64,000 bases of DNA from assembly GCA_964534365.1 (NCBI GenBank), contig CAZHOI010000003.1, positions 4,310 to 68,309 of the forward strand, written 5' to 3'. A program made the position numbers and the translations under genes. Shown in pieces: positions 36,671 through 46,870 of the stretch. The stretch comes from an uncultured Candidatus Saccharibacteria bacterium (lineage in GTDB: Bacteria; Patescibacteriota; Minisyncoccia; Phycocordibacterales; SW-6-46-9). Below the pieces are notes generated by a model. That model searched no databases, had not been told where the DNA came from, and saw only the letters and a program-made list of their open reading frames with translations. Each line of letters starts with the position of its first letter. Position 1 is the first letter of the stretch.

Positions 36671-38923
36671 TTATGTTTTGGACTTCTTTTTACCTTTTTT
36701 ATTTCCCCAACGAGTTTTCTTTGGTTCAGACAAAATCTCTAGCGCCCGCTCGAAAGTAATATCATAGGGATCCTCATCTTTCAAAGATCTAAAATCAGCT
36801 TTAAGTTTAGTGTTATGAGCAATATACGGGCCAAATCGACCAATATTGGCAATAATATTGTTACCAGTTTCAGGATGTTCACCTAGTTCCCGTGGCAAAA
36901 TAAGTAAGTGCAGTGCCTGTTTTAAATCAAATTTATCAAGATCTGTTTCTGCCGGAATGGAAGCTCGCCTGGGTCGTTTATTCTTTGTCGTTTTACCATT
37001 TTCTAGCTCGTACTCTTCATCTTTTTCACCAACCTGAACGTAATACCCATATGGTCCATCCTTCAACAGTACGTCCATACCAGTATTTGGATCTGACCCT
37101 AAAACCGTATCATCAGGTACCTCTTCACCAGATTCTGTTCTGGCGCCCTTACATTCTGGGAAATTGGCACAGGACATAAATATCCCGTTGCGACCCAGCT
37201 TCATTACCATTTCATTTTGACATTCCGGACAAGGGAATTCAGCTGGGGCAGGACCCAAATCAGTTAATTTATCAATGTCTTTTTTGTCATCGATTGATTT
37301 AGTAAAGGGGTTATAAAAATCCTTTAATACTTCAGGATAGGTGCGCTTGCCTTCAGCGATTTCGTCAAGCCTATTTTCCAGATCAGCAGTAAAATCATCA
37401 GATATATAATTGTCAAAGTTTTTCTCAAGAAATTCAGACACTACCATACCAGTTGGGGTAGGTTGCAAAGAACGGCCATCTTTATTGACATAGCTGCGAT
37501 CAATCAGAGTTTTGATGATCGAAGCATAAGTTGATGGCCGGCCTATACCACGCTTTTCCAATTCTTTTATCAATCCAGCGTCACTATATCGACGGGGCGG
37601 TTGAGTTTGTTTAGCTTCTGAATCAAGCTGCAGCAATTTCAGCTCTTCATTAGTTGCTACATTAGGCAGCTCGACATCATCGCGCCTAGCTCCGGGATCG
37701 GACAACATCCAACCCGGATAAGTCAGCTGTGATCCATTTACGGCAAAGCTAGGATAATTATCATCGAATGAAACAATAATTTTAGTACGTAATTGTTCGG
37801 CGGGTTTCATCAACGCCGCCAGCGATCGAGCGCGGATCAAATTATAAAGTTTTTTCTGATCAGCATCAGCGCCAGCTACAGCCACTGATGGATTAGTTGG
37901 TCGAATCGCCTCATGAGCTTCCTGGGTATTTTTACTTTTTGACTTAAATGACCGGGCTTGAAAATGCTCTGGACCAAATTCTGATTTTACGGTAGAAGAT
38001 AATTTTGCAGTAGCTTCTTTTGATAGTGAAATTGAATCAGTTCGCATGTAAGTAATGAAGCCTTTTTCATATAATTTTTGAGCAGCCCTCATCGTTCGGG
38101 CTGGGGTAAAACCTAAACGCGAGCTGGCGGTTTGCTGCAAAGTGGAAGTTTTGAAAGGCGAATAAGGATTACGTTTATGAGGGGTTTCTGTAATATCTTG
38201 TACAATCCAGCTGGATTTTTTTCCTTTACTTACAATTTCATTGGCACGTTCAGCAGTTTTAGGCTCTTCGCTACAACTAAGCTCGAATTCTAAGGCCGGT
38301 TTACCACCTTTTACATTGGCAATTAATACCCAAAAATCTTCTGGTATAAACGCTTTAATTTCACGCTCGCGCTCGGCCAAAATGCGCAGGGCGGGGGACT
38401 GGACCCGACCCGCTGACAGTCCATAGCGTACTTTCTTCCAGATTAAACCAGACAAATCATAGCCAAATAGTCGATCCAGAACCCGGCGAGCTTCTTGAGC
38501 CCGGACTAATTCATCGTCAATATCACGGGGATTGGCGACCGCGGTTGTGACGGCGTCTTTGGTAACTTCATTAAAGGCTACCCGTTTAAACTTATTAGCA
38601 CTTACTTTCGATCGCCCATTATTAACCAACAAATCATACAGATGCCATGAAATTGCCTCACCCTCACGATCGGGGTCGGTTGCTAACAGTATTTCATCTG
38701 AATTCTTGGCCAGTTTTCGCAGTTCATCCACAACCTCTTTCTTCTTGGGGGACACTTCATACGTGGGGGCAAAATCATTATCAATATCCACCGCATTTTT
38801 ATTTGATTTTGGCAGATCACGTACGTGGCCAACTGACGCCTTTACGGTGTAGTCAGGCCCCAAATATTTTTCAATCGTTTTAGCCTTGGATGGCGACTCT
38901 ACTATTACTAAAGTTTTTGTCAT
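36671..38923 (-). CDS. topA: DNA topoisomerase I
   Basis: LVIVESPSKA, ATDPDREGE, SAGRVQS, ITYMRTD, one C4 zinc ribbon. Confidence 0.97.
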   Translation of the reverse strand: MTKTLVIVESPSKAKTIEKYLGPDYTVKASVGHVRDLPKSNKNAVDIDNDFAPTYEVSPKKKEVVDELRKLAKNSDEILLATDPDREGEAISWHLYDLLVNNGRSKVSANKFKRVAFNEVTKDAVTTAVANPRDIDDELVRAQEARRVLDRLFGYDLSGLIWKKVRYGLSAGRVQSPALRILAEREREIKAFIPEDFWVLIANVKGGKPALEFELSCSEEPKTAERANEIVSKGKKSSWIVQDITETPHKRNPYSPFKTSTLQQTASSRLGFTPARTMRAAQKLYEKGFITYMRTDSISLSKEATAKLSSTVKSEFGPEHFQARSFKSKSKNTQEAHEAIRPTNPSVAVAGADADQKKLYNLIRARSLAALMKPAEQLRTKIIVSFDDNYPSFAVNGSQLTYPGWMLSDPGARRDDVELPNVATNEELKLLQLDSEAKQTQPPRRYSDAGLIKELEKRGIGRPSTYASIIKTLIDRSYVNKDGRSLQPTPTGMVVSEFLEKNFDNYISDDFTADLENRLDEIAEGKRTYPEVLKDFYNPFTKSIDDKKDIDKLTDLGPAPAEFPCPECQNEMVMKLGRNGIFMSCANFPECKGARTESGEEVPDDTVLGSDPNTGMDVLLKDGPYGYYVQVGEKDEEYELENGKTTKNKRPRRASIPAETDLDKFDLKQALHLLILPRELGEHPETGNNIIANIGRFGPYIAHNTKLKADFRSLKDEDPYDITFERALEILSEPKKTRWGNKKGKKKSKT

Positions 38924-39453
38924 TTCAGTCAGAGTATACGTATATAAGGTATAAAATTGCAAAATACTTGTTTAGAAGCTAAATAAGTAATTATTTTAAG
39001 AGTAGATACGTTTTTTTGCGACAATTGGTCTATTCAGACAAATTTAGTTAATGCAAGATAAAAGTAAACCATTTTCTTTTAGCTTTAAAAAAATGTAGTT
39101 AAATAAGAAGAAATAGTGGTGAGCGTTTAAATATTAGACCTAAATTTTAATATTTCAATTAATTTAATAAATAGATTAGTATAATAGATTGTTTATACAC
39201 GATTAGGATATGCTGTTATCAAAAAGCAACTAGACAGACACGAACGCTGAATTCAACATACTACTGGAAAAAACCGTGGTAAATTTGAAATTCTAAAGTA
39301 TTCCAAACTAATTAAAGCTTCTAAGAAACTGTGTTATAAATAATACTAACCTTGATCTAGACTAAAATATAATTTCAACTCACATGCTAATGAGGTACCA
39401 AGCAGGCTCAATTCATATTTTATTTAAGATCGACATTTATGACTAACATGAGA

Positions 39454-40314
39454 TTATTTTAAATACACTTTACCTAACTTTTCTTGGGTTAGGTTTTTTA
39501 GTTCTAGCATCGTAATGACTGAAAGGGCGCGGGTCGTGTCCAGTTTGGATAATTTGATGATTTCGTCTTTGGTTCTGGGTTCTGATTTTATTAACCGGTA
39601 AATTAGTTGTTCGTCAGTCGACAGGGAAGTAAGGTCAATACTTTTTGCAACGCCAGTTTGGATACCCAGGGCCTCTAAAATATCGTCGGCGGTTTGTATT
39701 AATTTAGCGCCGTCATTTATTAGCGAATGAGGACCGGCCGAGTTCGCAGAGAAAATTGACCCCGGTACCGCCAGGACATCACGGTTATAATCCAATGCCA
39801 AACGGGCAGTAATTAGCGTCCCAGATTTCTGCGTCGCTTCAATAACCAAAACGGCATCTGATAACCCAGCCATCAGCCAATTACGACGTGGAAAAGTCCA
39901 CTGTGCTGACTTTTGTTTTGGATCATACTCTGACACTAAACCACCACCTTGTTTTAAAATTTCCGTCGCCAAGCTTTTATTAGTAGCGGGGTAAAGCACT
40001 GATTGATCCAAACCAGAGCCAGGAAATGCTACCGTATGCAAATCATACTTCAACGCTAGACGATGAGCGGTAGCATCAATTCCCAGTGCTAGACCAGAAA
40101 TAATTGATATTGAATGTCCCGATAAGCCGGAAAACAGTTGTTCGATTGTAGCCTGTCCATAGTCAGTTGGTTTGCGCGATCCTACCACACACAAACGCTT
40201 GAGATGATCGGGCCAGGGATCGCCTTTGACATGCAAGCCCTGTTTTGGTTTATCAGGAATTTGTTGCAGATTTTCGGGTAAGTCTGTGGTAGCAATAAAG
40301 CGCATGTTTTGCAT
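39454..40314 (-). CDS. dprA: DNA-processing protein DprA
   Basis: VVGSRKPT.YG, SGLALGIDA, FPRRN, SGTLITA, AVPG. Confidence 0.95.
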   Translation of the reverse strand: MQNMRFIATTDLPENLQQIPDKPKQGLHVKGDPWPDHLKRLCVVGSRKPTDYGQATIEQLFSGLSGHSISIISGLALGIDATAHRLALKYDLHTVAFPGSGLDQSVLYPATNKSLATEILKQGGGLVSEYDPKQKSAQWTFPRRNWLMAGLSDAVLVIEATQKSGTLITARLALDYNRDVLAVPGSIFSANSAGPHSLINDGAKLIQTADDILEALGIQTGVAKSIDLTSLSTDEQLIYRLIKSEPRTKDEIIKLSKLDTTRALSVITMLELKNLTQEKLGKVYLK

Positions 40315-40474
40315 GCTAAAAGTGTAGCATTGTGATAGATCATGCTTCTATTAAAGGCTGTCGAGTTCGCAATTATCAAAGCTGATTACTTTTTAAAACA
40401 AGGATTATTTTCTATTTCGATTTAATCATAGACTTGTTATAGTTAAAGGCAACACACTGGCTAAATAATTTGAC

Positions 40475-41749
40475 ATGTTAGATATTGATTTTGTACGCAA
40501 CAATAAAGAATTAGTCCAATCAGCTCTGGATAGACGGGGCGATGATTTCAATTTGGCAGAATTAATCAAGGTAGATGAATTACGTCGCGAATTAATTACC
40601 AAAGTCGAGTCTAAACGAGCCGAACAAAACTCTACTACTGATTTAATTCCTAGAGAAGAAGATTTAGAGCGCAAGAAAATGCTGATCGAAGAAATGAAAG
40701 AACTAAAAGTACAAATAAAATCATTGGAAGATAAATTAGAGCCAGCCCAGGAACTGTGGCAAACACTATTGATGCGATTGTCCAATATCCCAGACCCTTC
40801 AGTACCGATGGGGAAATCCGAAGATGATAATGTGGTAATTAAACAATGGGGTGAAAAACCGCACTTTGATTTTGAACCTAAAGACCACATTCAGCTAATG
40901 GAAGATTTGGAAATGATTGATCTAGAGCGAGGAACCAAAATTCATGGCTTTCGAGGTTATGTTTTAAAAGGAGCCGGAGCCAAGCTTACTTGGGCGCTGT
41001 GGCGATTTGCTCAAGATTTTTTCTTGGAAAAAAATTTTAACCCCTTTATACCACCTTCAATAGTTAGAAAAAAATGGCTCTATGGAACTGGACATTTGCC
41101 AGGAGATGGAGACGATGTTTTCTGGACCCAAGACGGAGATGCATTATCGGCAACAGCTGAGATTCCAATGATGGCGTATTATGCGGACGAAATACTTGAT
41201 GAAGAACAATTACCATTCAAGGCTCTAGCTTATTCTCCCTGTTATCGTCGCGAAGCCGGATCTCACTCAAAGGATACTAAAGGACTAATCAGGGTTCATG
41301 AATTTCAAAAAATAGAACAATTAATCTTATGCAAGGCCGATCACGAAGAATCGGTAAGATGGCATGAAGAAATTACTAGAAATCATGAAGAATTTATTGA
41401 AAGGTTAGAGATTCCCTATCAAAGAATTGAGATTTGCAGTGGCGATTTAAAATCAGCCCATGTTAGATCTTGGGATGTAGAGCTATGGATACCTTCCCAA
41501 GAAAATTATCGTGAGATTGCTTCGTCATCTTACTACCATGACTATCAAACCAGAAGATTTAAGACACGTTACCGTAATTCAAACGGCGAAGTTAAATATG
41601 CTCACTCATTGAATTGTACTGCCATACCAACTCCCCGAGCCCTGGTTGCTATCGTAGAAAACTGCCAACAGCCAGATGGTTCAATCATGTTACCACCGGC
41701 CCTCCATAAATATTTTGGCGCCCCAAATATCACCAAAGACAATGCCTAG
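40475..41749 (+). CDS. serS: Serine-tRNA ligase
   Basis: MLDI, coiled-coil arm, TAE, CYRREAG, GLIRVHEF, HSLN. Confidence 0.97.
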   Translation: MLDIDFVRNNKELVQSALDRRGDDFNLAELIKVDELRRELITKVESKRAEQNSTTDLIPREEDLERKKMLIEEMKELKVQIKSLEDKLEPAQELWQTLLMRLSNIPDPSVPMGKSEDDNVVIKQWGEKPHFDFEPKDHIQLMEDLEMIDLERGTKIHGFRGYVLKGAGAKLTWALWRFAQDFFLEKNFNPFIPPSIVRKKWLYGTGHLPGDGDDVFWTQDGDALSATAEIPMMAYYADEILDEEQLPFKALAYSPCYRREAGSHSKDTKGLIRVHEFQKIEQLILCKADHEESVRWHEEITRNHEEFIERLEIPYQRIEICSGDLKSAHVRSWDVELWIPSQENYREIASSSYYHDYQTRRFKTRYRNSNGEVKYAHSLNCTAIPTPRALVAIVENCQQPDGSIMLPPALHKYFGAPNITKDNA

Positions 41750-42743
41750 GTCAGGACCACCGCCTAATCGATCGAAAAGACAATCTAGCAATCGATCCAA
41801 ATCTAGTGGCCCTATTAAAAGATCAGGGCGATCAAAATCCAAACCAAATCCAAGTCGCAAATTTGTCAGCACTAGAAATCAGATTCGATCTCGTCGTAAA
41901 CAACGACATCTCTTCAGAACAGCTCTAGCGGCGATAATCGCAATCATAATCGCATTCCTGGGATTCATATTGTTTTCTGAAAAATTTAATATTAACAGCT
42001 TGTCTGTAACCGGCCCGGATGAATCATTTTCAGCTGAAATCAGTGATTATTTGAAAAATTTGTTGAACCAGAAAACATATTTTGTGTCGAATAAAAATCA
42101 ATTTCTGTGGACCAAATCTAGGTTAGAAAACCAGCTAAACGCACAATTCCCATCTATTAGCGAAATAGACTTTGCGATTACCGATGGGGAAATGATGATA
42201 GATTATAACCGCCATGAACCAGCGGGAATTTGGTGTCAATTAAAACAAATGGATGAAATAATGCTAACCTCGAACACTTGCACAGCGATAAGCCTATATG
42301 GAGATAGTTTTGAAATTAGTAATATTGAAAAATTTTTATCTAATAAGCAGCTACCTGTTATAACTGATGCCAAACCAAAACCTGCAAGTGGACAAAAGGT
42401 TATTAGTAGTGATTTGTTATCAGATTTGGTCAGTCTTGTTTCTGGACTAGATAATCGCGGTTATCAAACAGAATTCACATTCTTGCAGACCGATCAAATT
42501 ACCCTACATACTACATCGAACCAGGAGCTAGAAATTAAAAAGATTATTATGCCCCTACAACAGCAAAGAATTAATATTAATAACATTGCTGATCTATATT
42601 TAGTGCTGGACCAAAACGAATTGGCCGGGATTGCCAGTCGGGAAAACATTGCCAGCTTTACCTACCTTGATTTTACTTCACCTAACAAGTTATTTTACAA
42701 ATTCGTGACTAATGAAGAAATACCGGATGAAGAAGATGCTTGA
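41742..42743 (+). CDS. FtsQ/DivIB-like membrane protein
   Basis: Basic cytoplasmic N-tail, single TM, POTRA-like segment, C-terminal YLDF..PNKLFYK. Confidence 0.55.
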   Translation: MPRSGPPPNRSKRQSSNRSKSSGPIKRSGRSKSKPNPSRKFVSTRNQIRSRRKQRHLFRTALAAIIAIIIAFLGFILFSEKFNINSLSVTGPDESFSAEISDYLKNLLNQKTYFVSNKNQFLWTKSRLENQLNAQFPSISEIDFAITDGEMMIDYNRHEPAGIWCQLKQMDEIMLTSNTCTAISLYGDSFEISNIEKFLSNKQLPVITDAKPKPASGQKVISSDLLSDLVSLVSGLDNRGYQTEFTFLQTDQITLHTTSNQELEIKKIIMPLQQQRININNIADLYLVLDQNELAGIASRENIASFTYLDFTSPNKLFYKFVTNEEIPDEEDA

Positions 42744-43800
42744 TAATAATTTTTGGCTGAGCTTGGATTCTGGGTTTAGTGCATTAGCGCCTATGGCTGA
42801 TGTGACTGATTGTGCTTTTCGAAAAATGTTTTTGCTTCATGGCAGACCTGATGTTTTTTGGACTGAATTTGTGTCGGCTGATGGACTGTTTCTGGCACCA
42901 GAGCAGGGTAGGCAATTTTGGCTACCAGAAGATTTGCGCCACACTGCAGTAGAACATGGTATTGCCAGTGACAATCCACTATTAAAGGATTTAATCTTCG
43001 ATAAAGGCCAATCACCAATTGTCACCCAATTTTTTTCGCGTGATCCTGAGCGAATGAAAAGATCAGCTAAACTAGCAGTGGCGCTAGGTTTTGACGGAAT
43101 TGATATAAACATGGGTTGTCCAGCCCGGGTTATTGTAAAGCAAGGAGCAGGATGCGCCATGATCCAACAACCTGCCGAGGCACGCCAAGTGATCGAGGCA
43201 GCAATTGCTGGGGCAGCTGGCCAAATTCCAGTGTCAGTTAAAACTCGTACCGGATTTAATTCTGATAACGAGAGCTATGATTGGTTTAGGTTATTGCTAG
43301 ACACGGGAATAAAAGCCCTAACTTTACATGCCCGAACTCGTAAAGATATGTCAAAGGTTCCAGCGCGATGGGAGAACGTTCGGGACCTAGTCGAGTTGCG
43401 TAATAAATATAATCCAGAAGTCAAGATTATCGGCAACGGTGATGTTTCTGACTTGTCTCAATGCAAAATTCGCGCCCAAGAATCTGGAGCCGATGGTGTC
43501 ATGATCGGCCGTGGTATTTTTGGCAACCCCTGGATATTTAATGCAGCGGTTGATAAAAAGACGTTGACTGACAAGGCAATTATTGAATCTCTACTGCAGC
43601 ATTCTGATTGGTTCAATAAATATTTGGGGGACACTAAATCATTTGCCCTAATGCGCAAACATTATAAATCATACTTGCGGGACACTAATTTAACTAAAAC
43701 TCAAAAGCAACAATTTTTAACTATCAATTTCTATTCTGAGTTGGTTGAGTTAGTTAGTAATATAAAATATGATCCCAAAGAAAATGTGCTTAGTTTATAA
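42736..43800 (+). CDS. tRNA-dihydrouridine synthase
   Basis: LAPMADVTD, TEFVS, GIDINMGCP, VSVKTR, LHART, GNGD, MIGRG. Confidence 0.93.
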   Translation: MLDNNFWLSLDSGFSALAPMADVTDCAFRKMFLLHGRPDVFWTEFVSADGLFLAPEQGRQFWLPEDLRHTAVEHGIASDNPLLKDLIFDKGQSPIVTQFFSRDPERMKRSAKLAVALGFDGIDINMGCPARVIVKQGAGCAMIQQPAEARQVIEAAIAGAAGQIPVSVKTRTGFNSDNESYDWFRLLLDTGIKALTLHARTRKDMSKVPARWENVRDLVELRNKYNPEVKIIGNGDVSDLSQCKIRAQESGADGVMIGRGIFGNPWIFNAAVDKKTLTDKAIIESLLQHSDWFNKYLGDTKSFALMRKHYKSYLRDTNLTKTQKQQFLTINFYSELVELVSNIKYDPKENVLSL

Positions 43801-43809
43801 TCAGTATTA

Positions 43810-44748
43810 ATGTCTACTAAATCGCTCTACCAAAAGTACCGACCATCCAAATTTAACGAGGTTATTGGTCAGGATAGAATTGTCTCCACTTTAACCAATC
43901 AGCTTGAAAACCAAACGGTTAATCATGCCTATTTATTTAGCGGGTCCAGGGGGCTTGGGAAAACTTCAATTGCCCGAATTCTTGCAGGTGAGTTGCAAAT
44001 CAATAATGAAGATTTATACGAGATTGATGCTGCTAGCAATCGTGGCATTGATGATATTCGTGAAATCCGTGATGGTGTCAAAGCGCTACCGTTTAGCTCG
44101 CCCTATAAGATGTATTTGATTGATGAAGTGCATATGCTAACCAAAGAAGCATTTAATGCCCTATTGAAAACCCTGGAAGAGCCGCCTAATTACGTAGTGT
44201 TTGTTCTGGCCACTACCGAAGCGCACAAGGTTCCCGACACTATCAAGTCTCGTACCCAATTATTTAACTTTACCTCGCCAACAATTACCGATATCTCAGA
44301 ATTGATTAGCCGAGTAGCTCAGGCAGAGTCCAGCAAGGTGGATCAAACCATTGTCACCGAAATCGCTAAACGAGCCAACGGGTCATATCGTGATGCGCTA
44401 GGACAGCTGCAAACCTATTTGGCTAATCCGGCAGATTTCATGGAAACCAAAAGCGATGCGGATATGCGCCTGCAAACATTAGAAGCCTTGGGATCCGGTT
44501 CAGGTATGACCAAATCGGATATCATCAATATGGTTCAGTCGATTGAAAACCCCAGTCAGTGGTATCAAAATCTCTTAACAGATATCAGTGACACTTTATT
44601 TCAACAGCTAGATAATAGTCAGCAGCCAAGCCAGTTGACAATTCAGCACTTAAAAAAAATCCTTGAATTTAGAAATCAGTTTAGTGGCGATAATCCAGAC
44701 GTTGCCCGGTCCAGTTTATTGGTGCTCTTGGTCGAGATGTTTGCTTGA
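43810..44748 (+). CDS. dnaX: DNA polymerase III gamma/tau clamp-loader subunit (short)
   Basis: LYQKYRP, GSRGLGKT, EIDAASNRG, IDEVHML, FNALLKTLEEP. Confidence 0.92.
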   Translation: MSTKSLYQKYRPSKFNEVIGQDRIVSTLTNQLENQTVNHAYLFSGSRGLGKTSIARILAGELQINNEDLYEIDAASNRGIDDIREIRDGVKALPFSSPYKMYLIDEVHMLTKEAFNALLKTLEEPPNYVVFVLATTEAHKVPDTIKSRTQLFNFTSPTITDISELISRVAQAESSKVDQTIVTEIAKRANGSYRDALGQLQTYLANPADFMETKSDADMRLQTLEALGSGSGMTKSDIINMVQSIENPSQWYQNLLTDISDTLFQQLDNSQQPSQLTIQHLKKILEFRNQFSGDNPDVARSSLLVLLVEMFA

Positions 44749-44770
44749 AAAGCTGATACAATATCGCCAT

Positions 44771-45559
44771 ATGACCAAAACAAACGCCACTGATACTGAC
44801 AACCTTCCAAGTGCGACAGCTAATAATCAGCGATCAATTAATAAACCTGATGATTCAATTTATTTAACCCCCGCCGCTGTGTTGATTGGATCGATAATAG
44901 TAGCTATTGCCATATTGATTGGGCCGGGGACACCAGGTGCAACTGACAGTGCAAATTTGGCAGCCAATGATGATGAAGTTGCTGAAGTTGAATCAGGCGA
45001 CAATCGTCTAGCAATCGCACTGCAAGCCGCTGAAGTCAATCCAGCGGAAATAGAACAATGTATCAATGACAATGAATATGCCAGTGAAATAGCAGCTGAC
45101 ATTCAGAATGCAACCGAGACCGGCGGGCGAGGAACACCCTGGACTATTGTGGTTGACCGCCAAACTGGTGAACGCTACCCAATAGGCGGCGCGCTTCCAG
45201 CCGAGGCAGTAAACGAACTGTTGGATAATAATTTTGATGGTCTGCCTGAAACTGCTTTTGAGAATATCAATCTAAAGGCAGTTACCGCCGTATCAGCTGA
45301 TGATTATTATCGCGGCCCCGGTGATGCAAGATACGTATTTATAGAATATTCGGACTTTAATTGCGGTTATTGCGCGCGGTTTCATTCAACCATGAAGAAT
45401 TTGTTAGACACCCGCTCTGATGTAGGTTGGGTTTATCGACAATTTGCTATTTTGAATAATTCTGAATCAGTAGCTAATGTTGCAGAATGTGTCGGCGAAG
45501 GTGGCGAAAATGAAGACGCTTTTTGGCAGTTTGCTGACGCTTACTTTAACCAAAGTTAA
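44771..45559 (+). CDS. Membrane-anchored DsbA-family oxidoreductase with permuted domain order
   Basis: TM; GTP and GALP motifs precede EYSDFNCGYC. Confidence 0.8.
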   Translation: MTKTNATDTDNLPSATANNQRSINKPDDSIYLTPAAVLIGSIIVAIAILIGPGTPGATDSANLAANDDEVAEVESGDNRLAIALQAAEVNPAEIEQCINDNEYASEIAADIQNATETGGRGTPWTIVVDRQTGERYPIGGALPAEAVNELLDNNFDGLPETAFENINLKAVTAVSADDYYRGPGDARYVFIEYSDFNCGYCARFHSTMKNLLDTRSDVGWVYRQFAILNNSESVANVAECVGEGGENEDAFWQFADAYFNQS

Positions 45560-45577
45560 TGGTATAATCTAATTATT

Positions 45578-46135
45578 ATGGAAATCCTTATTATTATCAT
45601 AATTGTTTTGATATTGGCTCTGATTGCAGTAGCCTTTATCTATAACCGATTTATTAAATTACAAGTTCGATCCGATGAAGCCTGGGCCGATATTGATGTT
45701 CAATTAAAACGCCGTTATGACTTGATTCCCAATTTAATTAATACGGTTAAAGGCTATGCCCAACATGAATCCTCGACCTTCCAGCAGGTGACCGAGGCCA
45801 GAAACATGGCGATTAATGCTAGTAGTGTAGCCGAACAACAACAAGCCGAAAACATGCTAACCGGCGCTTTAAAATCGTTGTTTGCAGTTTCCGAAGCGTA
45901 TCCGGACCTCAAGGCGAATGAAAATTTCCTAGAATTACAACGAGAGCTATCAGATACCGAGAACAAAATACAGGCTGCCCGACGTTTTTACAATACCGTG
46001 GTCCGCGATTTGAATACTATGGTCAAAAGCTTTCCATCAAACCTGGTGGCTTCACTATTTTCATTTCAAACCCGCGAATACTTTGAATTGGACGAGGATT
46101 CAGTCGAACGAGAAAACGTTCAGGTACAGTTTTAA
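45578..46135 (+). CDS. lemA: LemA family protein
   Basis: AWADIDVQLKRRYDLIPNL, EAYPDLKAN, ARRFYN. Confidence 0.95.
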   Translation: MEILIIIIIVLILALIAVAFIYNRFIKLQVRSDEAWADIDVQLKRRYDLIPNLINTVKGYAQHESSTFQQVTEARNMAINASSVAEQQQAENMLTGALKSLFAVSEAYPDLKANENFLELQRELSDTENKIQAARRFYNTVVRDLNTMVKSFPSNLVASLFSFQTREYFELDEDSVERENVQVQF

Positions 46136-46167
46136 GTTATTAAATGTCTTTATATTGTTAGTCAGAA

Positions 46168-46563
46168 ATGTCATCGCAACAAATTAAACACATATTTATA
46201 GTCCAAGACGATCAGTCAATGGCAACGGTACTGCGCAAAAAATTAGAAAAAAAGGGCCACCGAATTTCACTCTTTGATAATGGTTACGATGTATTAGAGG
46301 CGATAAAACACACTAAACCTGATTTGATTTTGTTGGAGGTCAAGCTACCGGTTATAAATGGTCTGAATGTCCTGGCGGAGCTTAAAAATCAACCTGATAC
46401 CAATTCTATTCCCGTTATCATGATCAGCAACCTTGATCAAACTTCTCCCAAAGACTTAAGATCTGCCGATTCAAATCCAACTGAACTATATCTAGTAAAA
46501 AGCTCCTGGACATTATCAGCCCTGCAAAACAAAGTAGAAAAAACCCTGTCCGATCTAAAATAG
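46168..46563 (+). CDS. Stand-alone atypical receiver domain
   Basis: IFIVQDD, PDLILLEVKLP.ING, IPVIMISN, YLVKS. Confidence 0.85.
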   Translation: MSSQQIKHIFIVQDDQSMATVLRKKLEKKGHRISLFDNGYDVLEAIKHTKPDLILLEVKLPVINGLNVLAELKNQPDTNSIPVIMISNLDQTSPKDLRSADSNPTELYLVKSSWTLSALQNKVEKTLSDLK

Positions 46564-46599
46564 CAGAATCAATTACTTAATCTTGTTATAATAAAATTA

Positions 46600-46869
46600 A
46601 TGTTAAGGTTAAAAACGAAAAAAACGCATGACCAAGCAGCATCTGATTTATTGCCAGTCGGTAATGATGTTTATAATTATCACGTCGAGCAAGTTTTTCT
46701 GGGTCATCACACTATTTTTACCTTATTAGGTCTGGCAATTGGGGCTGATTTAGTCGGTAGGACAATATATGAATTTATCGTTCAGTACGCCAATCCTGTT
46801 GTTGTAGTTGGTATTGGATTAATTTTATTTATTTTGTCAGGTTTACTCATCGGATCTTTTAACGATTAA
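46600..46869 (+). CDS. Small membrane protein
   Basis: 89 aa, two hydrophobic segments, TATAAT upstream. Confidence 0.55.
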   Translation: MLRLKTKKTHDQAASDLLPVGNDVYNYHVEQVFLGHHTIFTLLGLAIGADLVGRTIYEFIVQYANPVVVVGIGLILFILSGLLIGSFND

Positions 46870-46870
46870 T

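Noticed and set aside
38924-39453. AT-rich topA-dprA gap as oriC or a second dif (TTTTGCGAC near 39014)
   Set aside because: No DnaA-box cluster and only one half-arm of the dif-like motif
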